Below are positions 19,553-29,635 of a stretch of DNA of 64,000 nucleotides, piece after piece; the stretch's first letter is position 1, and the number at the start of each line of letters is the position of its first letter. Both the position numbers and the translations under genes were made by a program. The notes under the pieces are model-generated. The model was given only the letters and a program-made list of their open reading frames with translations, did no database searches and was not told where the DNA came from. The DNA comes from Candidatus Hydrogenedentota bacterium (lineage in GTDB: Bacteria > Hydrogenedentota > Hydrogenedentia > Hydrogenedentales > JAEUWI01). Location of the stretch: positions 10,631-74,630 of the forward strand of contig JACPGE010000107.1 of assembly GCA_016182605.1 (NCBI GenBank), given 5' to 3'.

Positions 19553-19956
19553 GTTGACCTCCTTACGAAGTTAAGTTTAGAAATCCAATTTCGAATTAAA
19601 CAATGTATGCAGGGCGCCGAATTTCTTCGGCGGTGGAAAATTCAAGTTGTTCGTTCTCCTCTCTGGATCCCGCCCCCAACACGCCGGCATGGTGCAAACG
19701 TGGATCCCATTCCGCAGCCCGTATCAACCAAGGAAGCCGTGGCCCAGGGTCCCTTGGGATATGCTCTCCGCCCGAGCCTTCGCGCGATCAGCCACGGTAC
19801 GTTAAGCAACCCACTTCCCCTTAATGCGCTTGTAATAAACATCGCAATCGGCCCATTCAGCTTGTGGTGTGACGACTGCGCCCAATTGAGCAGTCCCAAC
19901 CCGTAGCCCGTCTCATTCACAGTGCACTGAACCTGCAACCACTTGACCTAAAAAAC

Positions 19957-19985
19957 AGGGTAATGATATCAATTGGACTTGTCAA
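19957..19985 (-). promoter_or_regulatory. Promoter of the DUF1559-symporter unit, with the same operator-like spacer
   Basis: Minus strand TTGACA-agtccAATTGATATCAT(17 bp)-TACCCT. Confidence 0.6.
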
Positions 19986-20518
19986 GATGTTTTTTCAGTT
20001 TTCTTGTCGCGGGGGAATCTTGCGCCCCTGCGTCCCCCAGCTCCAGACTTAGAATGCTAAGCCATAACACTCTAGAAATAAATAAGTTACAGCTCAGATA
20101 GTAGCAGCGAATTCAGCCGGATCTCGGCGGAAACTCTAGTCTGCCAGGCCACTTCCCAAGAGCGTTTCGGATGCCTGGAAAGATGCCAATTTGTTGTTCT
20201 GGCGAGTAAGTGGTACTTTTTCTGAGCAGGCAATCCCGATCCACGCCAACGGAAGCGAGTCCCTCCCAAGGCCCACTCCCGGATCCACTTTGTCTTTAAC
20301 ACATTACACTAAAACACGTTATGTGATATTAACCGATGCCGGGTGGGGGGAGTACTGCTGAAGAGGCGGTGCAAGGGCACGATCCAATCACTCGAAGATT
20401 CCCGTCAATGGTTTTCGACAGGAGAAAAAGAACCAATTGACTCCATATCTTAATATATGGTATCAATCAATCTCGTTTTCGCGCGCTCATGCCGGGCACT
20501 ATAGCAAGGAGATACCCA

Positions 20519-22609
20519 ATGCGTGGATTGATCGTGATGCTGTTACTGCTGTCTGTGGGACTATGGACATCCGTCGGCGCCGGGCAATCCGCCGCGCCGG
20601 CATGGCTGCGCCAGCCGCAGACTTTTGGCATGCTGCCGCTTGTTCCGGAGGAGGCGCAAGAGATGGGAATATCGGTGAACGGCATCTGGGCAGGATTTGG
20701 GGGGGGGCACCCGATACTCACTTTTCCGCCGTTTGTGAAGCGCGTGGGCGAGGCGTTTGGCGAGGACGCCGATGCGTTTGTGCGGGCGAATCATGAAGCC
20801 GGGATGCAGGTGGTGTGTGGCATCAACGGTATCGAAGGGATGCAACTCGTCCGGGCGGGGATCGAAAACTGGGAAGCACTGAGCTGCCGGAATGCGGACG
20901 GGGAAAAGGTGCTCTGGGGAAATCCCGAGGAACAGTGTTATGTGATGTGCACGAACAATCCGGATTGGGTGGCGTGGGAGATTGACTATGGGAAGCGCGG
21001 CATCGATCTGGGGGCGGATGTGGTCTTGATCGATACGCCGCAGGGGCAGGCGATCGCAAATCTGTTTGTGCGGGCGGGCTTTTGCAGCGCGTGCATGAAT
21101 ACGTTTCACGCGTACCTCGCGAAGCGGTATACGGAAGACGAACTGAAGACGCGCTTCGGTCTGGAGACGTGGGACAACGCGGCGGTAGTGCAGCGGCTGC
21201 GCATGCCGGTGGCGGCGCCGGACGAGGCAATGACCTATACAAAGCGCATTGAACGTGAACCGTTGTTTGCGGAGTATCTTCATTGCATGGAGGCCGCGAG
21301 TTTCGAAACGCGCAAGACGCTGGTGGAGGCGCTTCGGGATCACGCAAAATCGAAGAACAGACGCATCGCCCTATCCACCAACGCATTCAATCTCGGCACC
21401 AACAATCCTTTTGGCTATTGGGTGCGCGGGCTGATGTTTGCCGATCTGGTGGATTTCTTCGCCTATGAAAACAGCCATTGCCCCGCGGGGCTGCCCTTTC
21501 AGGAGGAGCCGCTTCCCCGTGGAAAATGGGCCGCCTACCACCGGCTGGCGTACGCGGTAAAAGGCGTGCGCTCCGCGGCGGTCGTGGGCGCGGGCGCGCT
21601 GGGCAAGACCTACTTCCCGATGCTCGCCTCGGGAAAGACAGTGAACGCGTGGATGGGCGTGCTGGCGGCGGAAGCCTACGCGGCCAACGGCGCCTATATC
21701 ATGTATTACTTTGACGCGCCCGCAAACGCGCGGCAGAGCATGTGGGCGTCGAGTGAAGCCGTGGCGCGCTTTGTGCGGGGCCACGAGGAACTCTACACCG
21801 GCGCATTGCGCAGCGGTTCCAGCGTGGCCGTGTTGGTGCTCGCCAACGATCGGGGCCGATCCATTCCCGGCGTCTATCCTTCCTATCTTGGTTTTCTCCA
21901 GGCCTTCACCGAAGGCAACTACCCCGTCGATGTTCTCTTTGCCGGCGACGATCAATTCATGAAAGACCAGCTCAGCGCCGGCGATCTAAAACCCTACGAC
22001 ACCCTGATTGTGCCCTCCCCCATCGACCCGACACCGCGTCAGCAACGGATCCTTCGCGAGTTTCTTGCGGCGGGCGGGCGGCTCGTGTGCCAGGAGCCGG
22101 AACGAATGGGAATCGACAGTACGCTCGAACCCACTTCCATGCCTGGATTGCGCGGGGAAGCGAAACGGGGAAGTGGCGTGTTGAGCGTGCTCGGTGGCGA
22201 AGTGACACCCACCTCGATGGACGACGCCGCATCTCGCTATTTCGCGGAAGCGCAGGCGGCGGATCGCAGCGCGATCTTCGGGATCGCAGAATCCCTGGGG
22301 CTCAAATCGCTCTTGCCGGATCGGCAGGATGGAACGATCGCGGCCTTCCCCATCGCGCAACCCGAGTCGCATCGCTACGTGGTGCATCTCGTCAACTACG
22401 ATGTGGACCCCGATGCCGACGAAGTGAGGCCGGTGGAGACGCTGCGCGTGGCGCCGGCGCTTCCCGCCAACTTCGGCACGGTGAAGAGCGTTGAACTGCA
22501 TCTTCCAGAATCCGCGACGCCGCAAGCACTGGAATTTGCGGCAGACGGCACGGTGCATATTCCGCGGATCGGACTGCACGCCACGCTCGTGATTCAGGCC
22601 GCGGGATAA
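20519..22609 (+). CDS. Secreted putative glycoside hydrolase (GH42-like TIM barrel plus trimerisation-like domain), family unassigned
   Basis: AAGGAG RBS and signal peptide; MCTNNPDW and GFCSACMNTF Cys cluster; C-terminal VAVL...VDVL...LKPYDTLIVP GATase-like segment. Confidence 0.55.
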   Translation: MRGLIVMLLLLSVGLWTSVGAGQSAAPAWLRQPQTFGMLPLVPEEAQEMGISVNGIWAGFGGGHPILTFPPFVKRVGEAFGEDADAFVRANHEAGMQVVCGINGIEGMQLVRAGIENWEALSCRNADGEKVLWGNPEEQCYVMCTNNPDWVAWEIDYGKRGIDLGADVVLIDTPQGQAIANLFVRAGFCSACMNTFHAYLAKRYTEDELKTRFGLETWDNAAVVQRLRMPVAAPDEAMTYTKRIEREPLFAEYLHCMEAASFETRKTLVEALRDHAKSKNRRIALSTNAFNLGTNNPFGYWVRGLMFADLVDFFAYENSHCPAGLPFQEEPLPRGKWAAYHRLAYAVKGVRSAAVVGAGALGKTYFPMLASGKTVNAWMGVLAAEAYAANGAYIMYYFDAPANARQSMWASSEAVARFVRGHEELYTGALRSGSSVAVLVLANDRGRSIPGVYPSYLGFLQAFTEGNYPVDVLFAGDDQFMKDQLSAGDLKPYDTLIVPSPIDPTPRQQRILREFLAAGGRLVCQEPERMGIDSTLEPTSMPGLRGEAKRGSGVLSVLGGEVTPTSMDDAASRYFAEAQAADRSAIFGIAESLGLKSLLPDRQDGTIAAFPIAQPESHRYVVHLVNYDVDPDADEVRPVETLRVAPALPANFGTVKSVELHLPESATPQALEFAADGTVHIPRIGLHATLVIQAAG

Positions 22610-22644
22610 GTGAAAACGCGGTTGGGGCAGAGGAGCAGGCTGGA

Positions 22645-23565
22645 TTAATGAAGGGCGGGTGGATCGGTCATGAGGGCGTGGAGACGCGCCAACCCCATCT
22701 GGGCCTCGTGCCGCAATCGCGCGATGAGTTCGGCGGCGGTGGGCACATCGCCGATCAGGCCCGCGCTTTGGCCCGCGCCGCGTGGCTGGAAACCGGGATT
22801 GCCCTGTGCGGGCGCGGTGAGATCCTGAAGGCTGCGCCCCGCGAGGAGGGCGGCATCTTCCGCGAGCACGCGCACGCGCGAATCCGGCGGCAGAATAACG
22901 ATGGCGGTGTCCCCGTCCCCTGCGCGGCAGAGGGCTTCCTTGTAGGCATCGGCGGCGCGGCATTCGCGCACGGCGATGAATCGCGAGCCCATCTCGATGC
23001 CTTCCGCGCCCAGGGCGAGTCCGGCGAGTATTCCGCGTCCATCGGCAATGCCCCCTGCGGCGAGGACGGGAATCTTGAGCGCGTCCACGACTTGGGGCAC
23101 GAGCGCGAGGGTTCCCGAGTCGGCGCGTCCCACGTTGCCGCCGCCCTCCTGACCGACCGCGATGACGGCGTCCGCGCCGGCGCGCTCTGCATTACGCGCC
23201 TGACGCACCGACGAAACGAGGACGATTGCGGGAACGCGTCCGGCGATCGCTTCGATGTAGCGGGAAGGATCGCCCCCCGTGAGGGTAAACGCCGCGCATC
23301 CTTCCGCGATGGCCACGCCGATGTATTGCGTGAAGTCGCGGGCATGCACGGGCAGGTTGACGCCGAAGGGTTTGGCGGTGAGGGCACGGGTGCGCCCGAT
23401 CTCCCGCGCGAGATCCGCGGGCGTGGCGTGCATGGCGGCGGTCAGTTGTCCGAAGGCGCCCGCCTCAGAGATGGGTCCGCAGAGTTCGGCATAGGCGAGT
23501 CCCCAGAGGCCGCCCTGCACGAGCGGAAAGTCGATGCGAAGCAGTTCCGTGATGCGCGTTTTCAA
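22645..23565 (-). CDS. Nitronate monooxygenase / FabK-like FMN-dependent oxidoreductase
   Basis: KTRITELL..FPLVQGGL, PFGVNL, GQEGGGN, IPVLAAGGIADGRG, MGSRF; TTG start 23565 chosen because it follows an extended -10 TGCTACGAT. Confidence 0.85.
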   Translation of the reverse strand: MKTRITELLRIDFPLVQGGLWGLAYAELCGPISEAGAFGQLTAAMHATPADLAREIGRTRALTAKPFGVNLPVHARDFTQYIGVAIAEGCAAFTLTGGDPSRYIEAIAGRVPAIVLVSSVRQARNAERAGADAVIAVGQEGGGNVGRADSGTLALVPQVVDALKIPVLAAGGIADGRGILAGLALGAEGIEMGSRFIAVRECRAADAYKEALCRAGDGDTAIVILPPDSRVRVLAEDAALLAGRSLQDLTAPAQGNPGFQPRGAGQSAGLIGDVPTAAELIARLRHEAQMGLARLHALMTDPPALH

Positions 23566-23787
23566 TCGGGTACCCTGGGCCGGATTGCGGCCAGCGTGCG
23601 CATCGTAGCAGAAGGCTCTGCCCGGGGGGTAGCCAAGAAAGGAAAGTTCCGGCCCCATGAATGAGGTCTACATCGTTGGCGTGGGCGCCAATGCGGGCGG
23701 TTTCTGGGGCCTCGAAGAGGCGGTGGCCTGTGTGACGATTTTAGAAGGACCATAAAGGCTGCTTGCGGCAGCAGAAAGGCGGCAACC

Positions 23788-25341
23788 ATGCGGGTCATCG
23801 ACTATTTCGATCGGGGCGTGCTCCTGAATCCGGGCGGGATGTGTCTGCACGACTTGGAGCGGGGCTACAGTTATCTTGAGGTGCAGGAGCAAACGCACCG
23901 GATCGCAAACGGTCTCCTGGCTCAGGGCGTTTCCAGGGAATCCATCGTCGCGATCTACAGCCCCAACAGTGTCCGCGCGTTCGAATGCGTGCTGGGCGCC
24001 ATGCGCGCCGGGGCAACGTGGCTGCCCGTGAATGTGCGCTACAGTCTGGAGGACAACCAGTACATCCTGGGCACCTACGACTGTTCGTGGCTCTTCTTTC
24101 ACAGCAGCTTCGAAGAGGACGTGCGCAAGATGCGGGAACACCTGCCCCAGGTTAGGCACTTCATCTGCATGGACCGGGCTTCCACACTGGGCCCGTCGTT
24201 CGATGCGTGGATCGCCCCCTTCCAGGCGCCCGCGCCATTGTTGCCCTATGCGGACGACGACATGGCCGTGCTTTTCACCTCCGGCGGCACGACGGGACGC
24301 CCCAAAGGCGTCATGCTCACGCACCGGAACCTCGGCGCCTTCTTCGCCAACTGGTATGCGCATGTGCACAGCGATGGCTTCCTGACGCACCTGGTGGCGG
24401 CGCCGATCACCCACGCGGCCGGCCTCATTTTGCTGGCGATGCTCGCGGGCGGCGCATCCAACGTGATCATGCCGGGCGTGGAGGCCGACGCGCTCTTCGA
24501 GAACATCGAACGCTTCCAGGTGTCGATCCTGTATCTCCCCCCCGCGGCCATCTATAAGCTGCTTGCCCATCCCGCCGTGGGCAAGGCGGACTTCTCCTCG
24601 CTGCAATATTTCATCTACGGCGCCGCGCCGATGAACCCCGACAAGCTGCGTGAAGCCATCGAAGTCTTTGGCCCGGTCATGCAACAAATCTATGGGCAGG
24701 CGGAAACCACCGCGCCGTGCACGTGTCTCTCAAAGGCCGATCACTTCCCCAGGGACGGGGCGAACGCCGCAAAGCGCCTGTGGAGTTGCGGCCGGCCGGT
24801 GCTCACGAATCTCGTGTGCATCATGGACGACGACGGGCGGATTCTGAAGGCCGGCGAGATGGGCGAGATCGTCGTGCGCGGAAGCAACGTGATGCGGGGC
24901 TACTACAAGCATCCGGAGGAGACCGCGCGGGTCTCGGAGCACGGCTGGCATCACACGGGCGATGTGGGCTATTGCGATGAAGAAGGCTTCTTCTATCTCG
25001 TCGATCGCAAGAAGGACATGATCGTCTCGGGGGGATTCAACGTCTATTCCGTCGAGGTCGAGCAGGTGCTGTTGGCGCATCCCGCCGTGCTCGACGGCGT
25101 CGTGATCGGGGTGCCCGATGCCACGTGGGGCGAGGCGATCAAGGCCGTGGTGGAGCTAAAACCGGATGTGGATTTCGACGCCGCGGAAGTGCTGGCCTTT
25201 TGCCGGGAGCGTCTTGGCGGGGTGAAGACTCCCAAGAGTGTGGATGTGTGGGAACAGATCCCGCGCAGCCCGGCCGGGAAATTGCTGAAGCGGGACGTTC
25301 GTTCGAAGTATTGGCAGGACCAGGAGCGAATGATTCACTGA
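23788..25341 (+). CDS. AMP-dependent acyl-CoA synthetase
   Basis: FTSGGTTGRPKG, YGQAET, GWHHTGD, VDRKKDMIVSGG, PRSPAGK. Confidence 0.92.
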   Translation: MRVIDYFDRGVLLNPGGMCLHDLERGYSYLEVQEQTHRIANGLLAQGVSRESIVAIYSPNSVRAFECVLGAMRAGATWLPVNVRYSLEDNQYILGTYDCSWLFFHSSFEEDVRKMREHLPQVRHFICMDRASTLGPSFDAWIAPFQAPAPLLPYADDDMAVLFTSGGTTGRPKGVMLTHRNLGAFFANWYAHVHSDGFLTHLVAAPITHAAGLILLAMLAGGASNVIMPGVEADALFENIERFQVSILYLPPAAIYKLLAHPAVGKADFSSLQYFIYGAAPMNPDKLREAIEVFGPVMQQIYGQAETTAPCTCLSKADHFPRDGANAAKRLWSCGRPVLTNLVCIMDDDGRILKAGEMGEIVVRGSNVMRGYYKHPEETARVSEHGWHHTGDVGYCDEEGFFYLVDRKKDMIVSGGFNVYSVEVEQVLLAHPAVLDGVVIGVPDATWGEAIKAVVELKPDVDFDAAEVLAFCRERLGGVKTPKSVDVWEQIPRSPAGKLLKRDVRSKYWQDQERMIH

Positions 25342-25628
25342 ATGGCGCACCTCGGAAGCGCATGAGACTCGCAATCCATTAGACTAGTTTTATGACCAAT
25401 TGGTATTATTTGAAAATTGGGACACTTCACACGATACAACGCGCCTGGAGATAGTCTGTATGAGAATCTGAACATTGCAGCAGCCTCTTTCGACAGCACA
25501 TCTTAGTGCACAACTTCTTTTTGTACAATAGCTTATGATATAGTATTGTCTTCCCGTAGTCCCACCTCCGGAAGACACATCTAATTGACCTCCATAGAAC
25601 TCACCGGTATCCAGGCACCGAAAAGTTC

Positions 25629-25657
25629 TTGACGAATTAGACCTTTTTGCGTATAGT
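25629..25657 (+). promoter_or_regulatory. Sigma70-type promoter for the large secreted protein-GH78-GH38 unit
   Basis: TTGACG-17 bp-TATAGT. Confidence 0.6.
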
Positions 25658-25811
25658 GGTTTATTGTGGTTATGGTGCGGCGCGTGGCTGCCGGGCTGGG
25701 TTTTGCACGAGGAACGGCTGAGGGCTTTGGCTAGGCCCCCGCAGTGAATATTCCGTTTCGCAACTGGCTTCGGGTGACCCACGAAATGTACCGCCACAGG
25801 AGGACTGGGCT

Positions 25812-28800
25812 ATGAAGCGGTGTACGTGCAGGTTTCTTCGTTTGCATTTCCTTGGCGTGCTGGTGGGCCTGATGGCCGGATTGCTGCCCTGTTTGACGGC
25901 GCGGGCAGCCGAAGAATTCATGGAAGTGGGGGTGGTGGAAGATGTCCACAACACGTGGAGCACAGTGCGGCTTGTCAATCGCTACCTGCGGCCTGTGGTC
26001 GTGGCGACCCCGAACTACAGTTCCTCGTCCGCGCCGGTCTGCGTGCGGCTGCGCGTGCCGGACTCAGCCGAGTGCAACGGCAGCAAGGATTACTTCGAGA
26101 TTCGCGTGGACGATGCGGGCGGCACGACGCCGAGCGGCATCGACGTGCACTACCTCGTGGTGGAGGAGGGATTCTACAATAGCGAAGACCACGGCGTGAC
26201 GATGGAGGCGGTGCGGATGACGTCGACCGTAACGGATCACGATGGGTCGTGGACGGGCGCCGCACTTTCCTTTAGCAACACCTACGAGAATCCGGTGGTT
26301 GTGGGCAGTGTGCAAACCTACAACGACGCCGACTTTTCTTTCTTCTGGTGCCGGGGCGCGAATCAGGGCGACCCTCCCGGGGCGACGCTGCGGGTGGGCA
26401 AGCACGTCGGGGAAGATTCCGACACGACGCGCAGCAACGAAGACTTGGGCTATGTCGTGATTGAAGAGGGATCGGGAACGGTAGAAGGCATAGACTACAC
26501 GGCGGAACTTGGCGGCAACAGCATTCAGGGCGTGGGCAGCTCGCCACCCTACAACTATTCCCTGACGGGCCTCTCCAGTGCGAGCGTGGCCGTGGCCACG
26601 CAGGCGGGCGTAAACGATGCGAACGGCGGCTGGGCGGTGCTCTATGGGGCGACGCCCCTGAGCACGTCCACCCTGGCCCTCGCGATAGACGAAGATCAGG
26701 CGGGCGACTCGGAACGGAGCCATTCCGCGGAAGAAGTGGGCTACATCGTCTTTCAACAGAGTGTGCCCGAATACACGTTGACGCTCAACGCGACTTCGGG
26801 CGGTACCGTGGCCGGCGTGCCCTCGGGCTCCACCTTCGATTCGGGCGACGTCGTGGAAGTAACGGCCACGCCCAACTCCGGCTATGAGTTTACCCACTGG
26901 TCGGGCAATGCGTATGGCACCTTGAATCCATTGAGTACCGCCATGATCCGCAGCAAGACGATCACGGCGAACTTCGCGCTCACCACCTATGACCTGGAAA
27001 CGAGCACCACGGGCCTGGGCTCGATCGGCCGGAGCGCGAACCCGCCCTACAGCAGCGGCGCAAATGTGACCCTGACGGCCAATCCCACGTCCGGCTGGGA
27101 ATTCCTCCGCTGGAGCGGCGATGCCTCGGGAAGCACCAATCCCAAAGTGATTACCATGAACGACGACTTGTCGGTTTCTGCGGAATTCCGGCGCCTCGTC
27201 GGTTCCAACGAACTCACCAATCCCGGCTTTGAAGACGGCACCTTGAACGAAACCGCCGCCGACAAATATCCTTTCGCCGGTGCCTGGCTCGGGCCCGCGT
27301 GCGGCAGCGGCGCCATCTCGGCGTCCACAAGCACCGCATACAACGGCAGCACCTACAGCCTGAAACACGGCCCCATAGGGTATGAGGCCGGTGCGGACAG
27401 CAACTGCGGCACCACGGGCGACAACGGCCCGGCACAGGTCAAGATCTGGAATGATTGTTCGGCCAACGTTTCAGCGGGCGCGACGAAGGTAACCTTCTCC
27501 GGCTACACTGAGGCGTCCGGCCTGCAATCGGGCAAATCGGTCAGCCCCATCCTCTTCTTCATGAACAGCTCCTACGGCTACACGGGCATGGCGACTGGAT
27601 CGGCCATTGCCGGCGGGACCTCAGGCTGGCAGTCGTTCACCGTGACCGCAACCCTCCCCGCCACCACGGCAATCGTCGCGTGTATCCTGGAGATCACAAA
27701 CTCCTCCGCGGGCGCGACCGGTTCGGTGTACTACGACGACCTGCGGGTGCAGTACGACAAAACCACCACACGGACGCTGAGCCTGAGCGGCAGCAACGGC
27801 TCGATCGTGCCGAACTACAATGCGCCGTATTACGATGGCGATGTCGTGTCGCTTACGGCCGTCCCGAATGCGAACTACACCTTCACTTCCTGGAGCGGCG
27901 ATCTGAGCGGCTCCACGAATCCTTCCAACATCACGCTCAACGCCAACAAGAGCGTGACCGCCAGCTTCACACAGAAGACGGCCCGCCCGTTCTACATGGG
28001 TTTCCAGAAGTTCCCCTATGACATCAGCCCGGGCGCCCAGGAAGAAACCCTGGCACTCGTGCAAGAGCACGCGGACATCGTGAGCATGCACATCGAAAAT
28101 GGCGTGCCCTGGCAGGAGGCCTATGATGAAACCACCTATCCCGCCGCAGTGACCGATGAACTGGAACTGCTGAGGGACGGGCTGGAAGAGGGCACCGAAG
28201 TGGTGCTCGCGCCGGTGTGTTTCAGCGGCAACCGGCGTCACATCGCGGGTTATTGGGGCGGGGAGATGGCCTATCCCTGGAACACGCGGGACTTCGGGGA
28301 CACGGAAGTCCGGGAAGCCTACGTCAACTGGGCGCTCTACCTGATCGACTTCTTCGATCCGATTTACTTCGCGCATGGCGTGGAATGCGGCGGCTACCTG
28401 GCCTTCCGCACGGAAGCGGAGTGGGATGAGTTCGTGGGCTTCTGCGATTACGTGGAGAATGCCATCCACGCGGTTCACCCCACGCTTCCCATTGGCGTGT
28501 CCGTTGCGCTGGGCAACTGGGAGTCCCAGCAGATGCGGCAACTGCGGGAATTCCTTCCCGACGTGCTGCCCTACGTCGATTTTGTGGGATGCAGTTCCTA
28601 CCCGTATTTCGCGTACAACACGGGTGTGGCCAAGGCCGGCGATCCGCAGTATCTGCCGATCAATTGGCTGACCCAGTTGCAGCAGCTTGCCGGTCCGGGC
28701 AAGGGCATTGCGGTGCTGGAGAGCAGCCTGATCGCGGAAGACTGGGACCTCTATCTGGAATGCATCGAAACAACCGTGACCGTGGAGGCTTCCGAAGCGC

Positions 28801-29498
28801 TACAGGAGGACTACGTCGAGAAGCTCATTGACGAATCCGATGAACTGAACATGGAGTTCCTCATCTGGTTCAATATCGCCGACTATGACGCGTTCTTCTA
28901 CAACGCCTACGCGGAAATTCAGGGCACGAGCCTCTGGCGCGACACGGGCCTGCACGACGGCGATCTCCTGCCGCGCTCAGGCCTGACCGTGTGGGACGAC
29001 GCGCTCGACCGGCCGCTGTCGCTGGGCAGCGGCGGCGGAGCGCGCACGACGCTGTGGTACGACGGCTACGAGTACGGCACGACCGCAAACACGCCCGCCC
29101 TCATTCAGTCTCTGGGCGGGTACCTCAGCGTCTCCAGTGGCGTCTCGCTCGCCAACGGCGTGAGCTGGACCGGCGACAACTCGATCCGCTTTCCGAACAA
29201 CGAGAGCTGGGTCCTGGCGAAGAGCACCGCGGGTTACGAGAACATCACCGTGAGCTACCGCCGCAAGACGGTGGGCTTCTCCGGCAACGACACGTTCGTG
29301 GCCGGGTGGTACGACGGAACCAACTGGAACGTCATCGAAGTGCCCACGGGCACCTACGATTGGACCGAGAAGACGGTAACACTCCCGTCAGGCGCCAACA
29401 ACAACGCCAACTTCGCCTTGATCGTCTACCCCACGAATACGGAGGCGGGAGATTTCGCTTACGTCGACTTCGTATCCATCGAGGCAGATGAACAGTAA
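25812..29498 (+). CDS. Large secreted modular glycan-binding/hydrolysing protein (3 lectin-like repeats, InlB-B-like repeats, CBM4/9-like domain, putative GH TIM barrel, C-terminal jelly-roll)
   Basis: CAGGAGG RBS; signal peptide; three repeats ending (H/G)Y(L/V/I)V; three VTxTAxPxxxYxFxxWSG-like repeats; LTNPGFEDG...VYYDDL; barrel with two candidate catalytic Glu (HGVE, AVLE). Confidence 0.7.
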   Translation: MKRCTCRFLRLHFLGVLVGLMAGLLPCLTARAAEEFMEVGVVEDVHNTWSTVRLVNRYLRPVVVATPNYSSSSAPVCVRLRVPDSAECNGSKDYFEIRVDDAGGTTPSGIDVHYLVVEEGFYNSEDHGVTMEAVRMTSTVTDHDGSWTGAALSFSNTYENPVVVGSVQTYNDADFSFFWCRGANQGDPPGATLRVGKHVGEDSDTTRSNEDLGYVVIEEGSGTVEGIDYTAELGGNSIQGVGSSPPYNYSLTGLSSASVAVATQAGVNDANGGWAVLYGATPLSTSTLALAIDEDQAGDSERSHSAEEVGYIVFQQSVPEYTLTLNATSGGTVAGVPSGSTFDSGDVVEVTATPNSGYEFTHWSGNAYGTLNPLSTAMIRSKTITANFALTTYDLETSTTGLGSIGRSANPPYSSGANVTLTANPTSGWEFLRWSGDASGSTNPKVITMNDDLSVSAEFRRLVGSNELTNPGFEDGTLNETAADKYPFAGAWLGPACGSGAISASTSTAYNGSTYSLKHGPIGYEAGADSNCGTTGDNGPAQVKIWNDCSANVSAGATKVTFSGYTEASGLQSGKSVSPILFFMNSSYGYTGMATGSAIAGGTSGWQSFTVTATLPATTAIVACILEITNSSAGATGSVYYDDLRVQYDKTTTRTLSLSGSNGSIVPNYNAPYYDGDVVSLTAVPNANYTFTSWSGDLSGSTNPSNITLNANKSVTASFTQKTARPFYMGFQKFPYDISPGAQEETLALVQEHADIVSMHIENGVPWQEAYDETTYPAAVTDELELLRDGLEEGTEVVLAPVCFSGNRRHIAGYWGGEMAYPWNTRDFGDTEVREAYVNWALYLIDFFDPIYFAHGVECGGYLAFRTEAEWDEFVGFCDYVENAIHAVHPTLPIGVSVALGNWESQQMRQLREFLPDVLPYVDFVGCSSYPYFAYNTGVAKAGDPQYLPINWLTQLQQLAGPGKGIAVLESSLIAEDWDLYLECIETTVTVEASEALQEDYVEKLIDESDELNMEFLIWFNIADYDAFFYNAYAEIQGTSLWRDTGLHDGDLLPRSGLTVWDDALDRPLSLGSGGGARTTLWYDGYEYGTTANTPALIQSLGGYLSVSSGVSLANGVSWTGDNSIRFPNNESWVLAKSTAGYENITVSYRRKTVGFSGNDTFVAGWYDGTNWNVIEVPTGTYDWTEKTVTLPSGANNNANFALIVYPTNTEAGDFAYVDFVSIEADEQ

Positions 29499-29521
29499 CC
29501 CATAATCACAAGCAACAGGAT

Positions 29522-29555
29522 CGAGGGGCCACGCGGATCGTCGCGTGGCCCCTCG
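29522..29555. other. Intergenic 14-bp perfect hairpin
   Basis: CGAGGGGCCACGCG-gatcgt-CGCGTGGCCCCTCG with no U-tract. Confidence 0.65.
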
Positions 29556-29635
29556 CCACGAGGTTATCATTAAGGGGCGCGCATTCCCGCGCGCCCGTGT
29601 CCAATTGAAGTTCACCAAGTACAGCCGGAGAGTTC

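Noticed and set aside
19730-19800. Hammerhead ribozyme or c-di-GMP riboswitch in the DUF1559 leader
   Set aside because: The CUGAnGA/GAAA core and riboswitch consensus are not present
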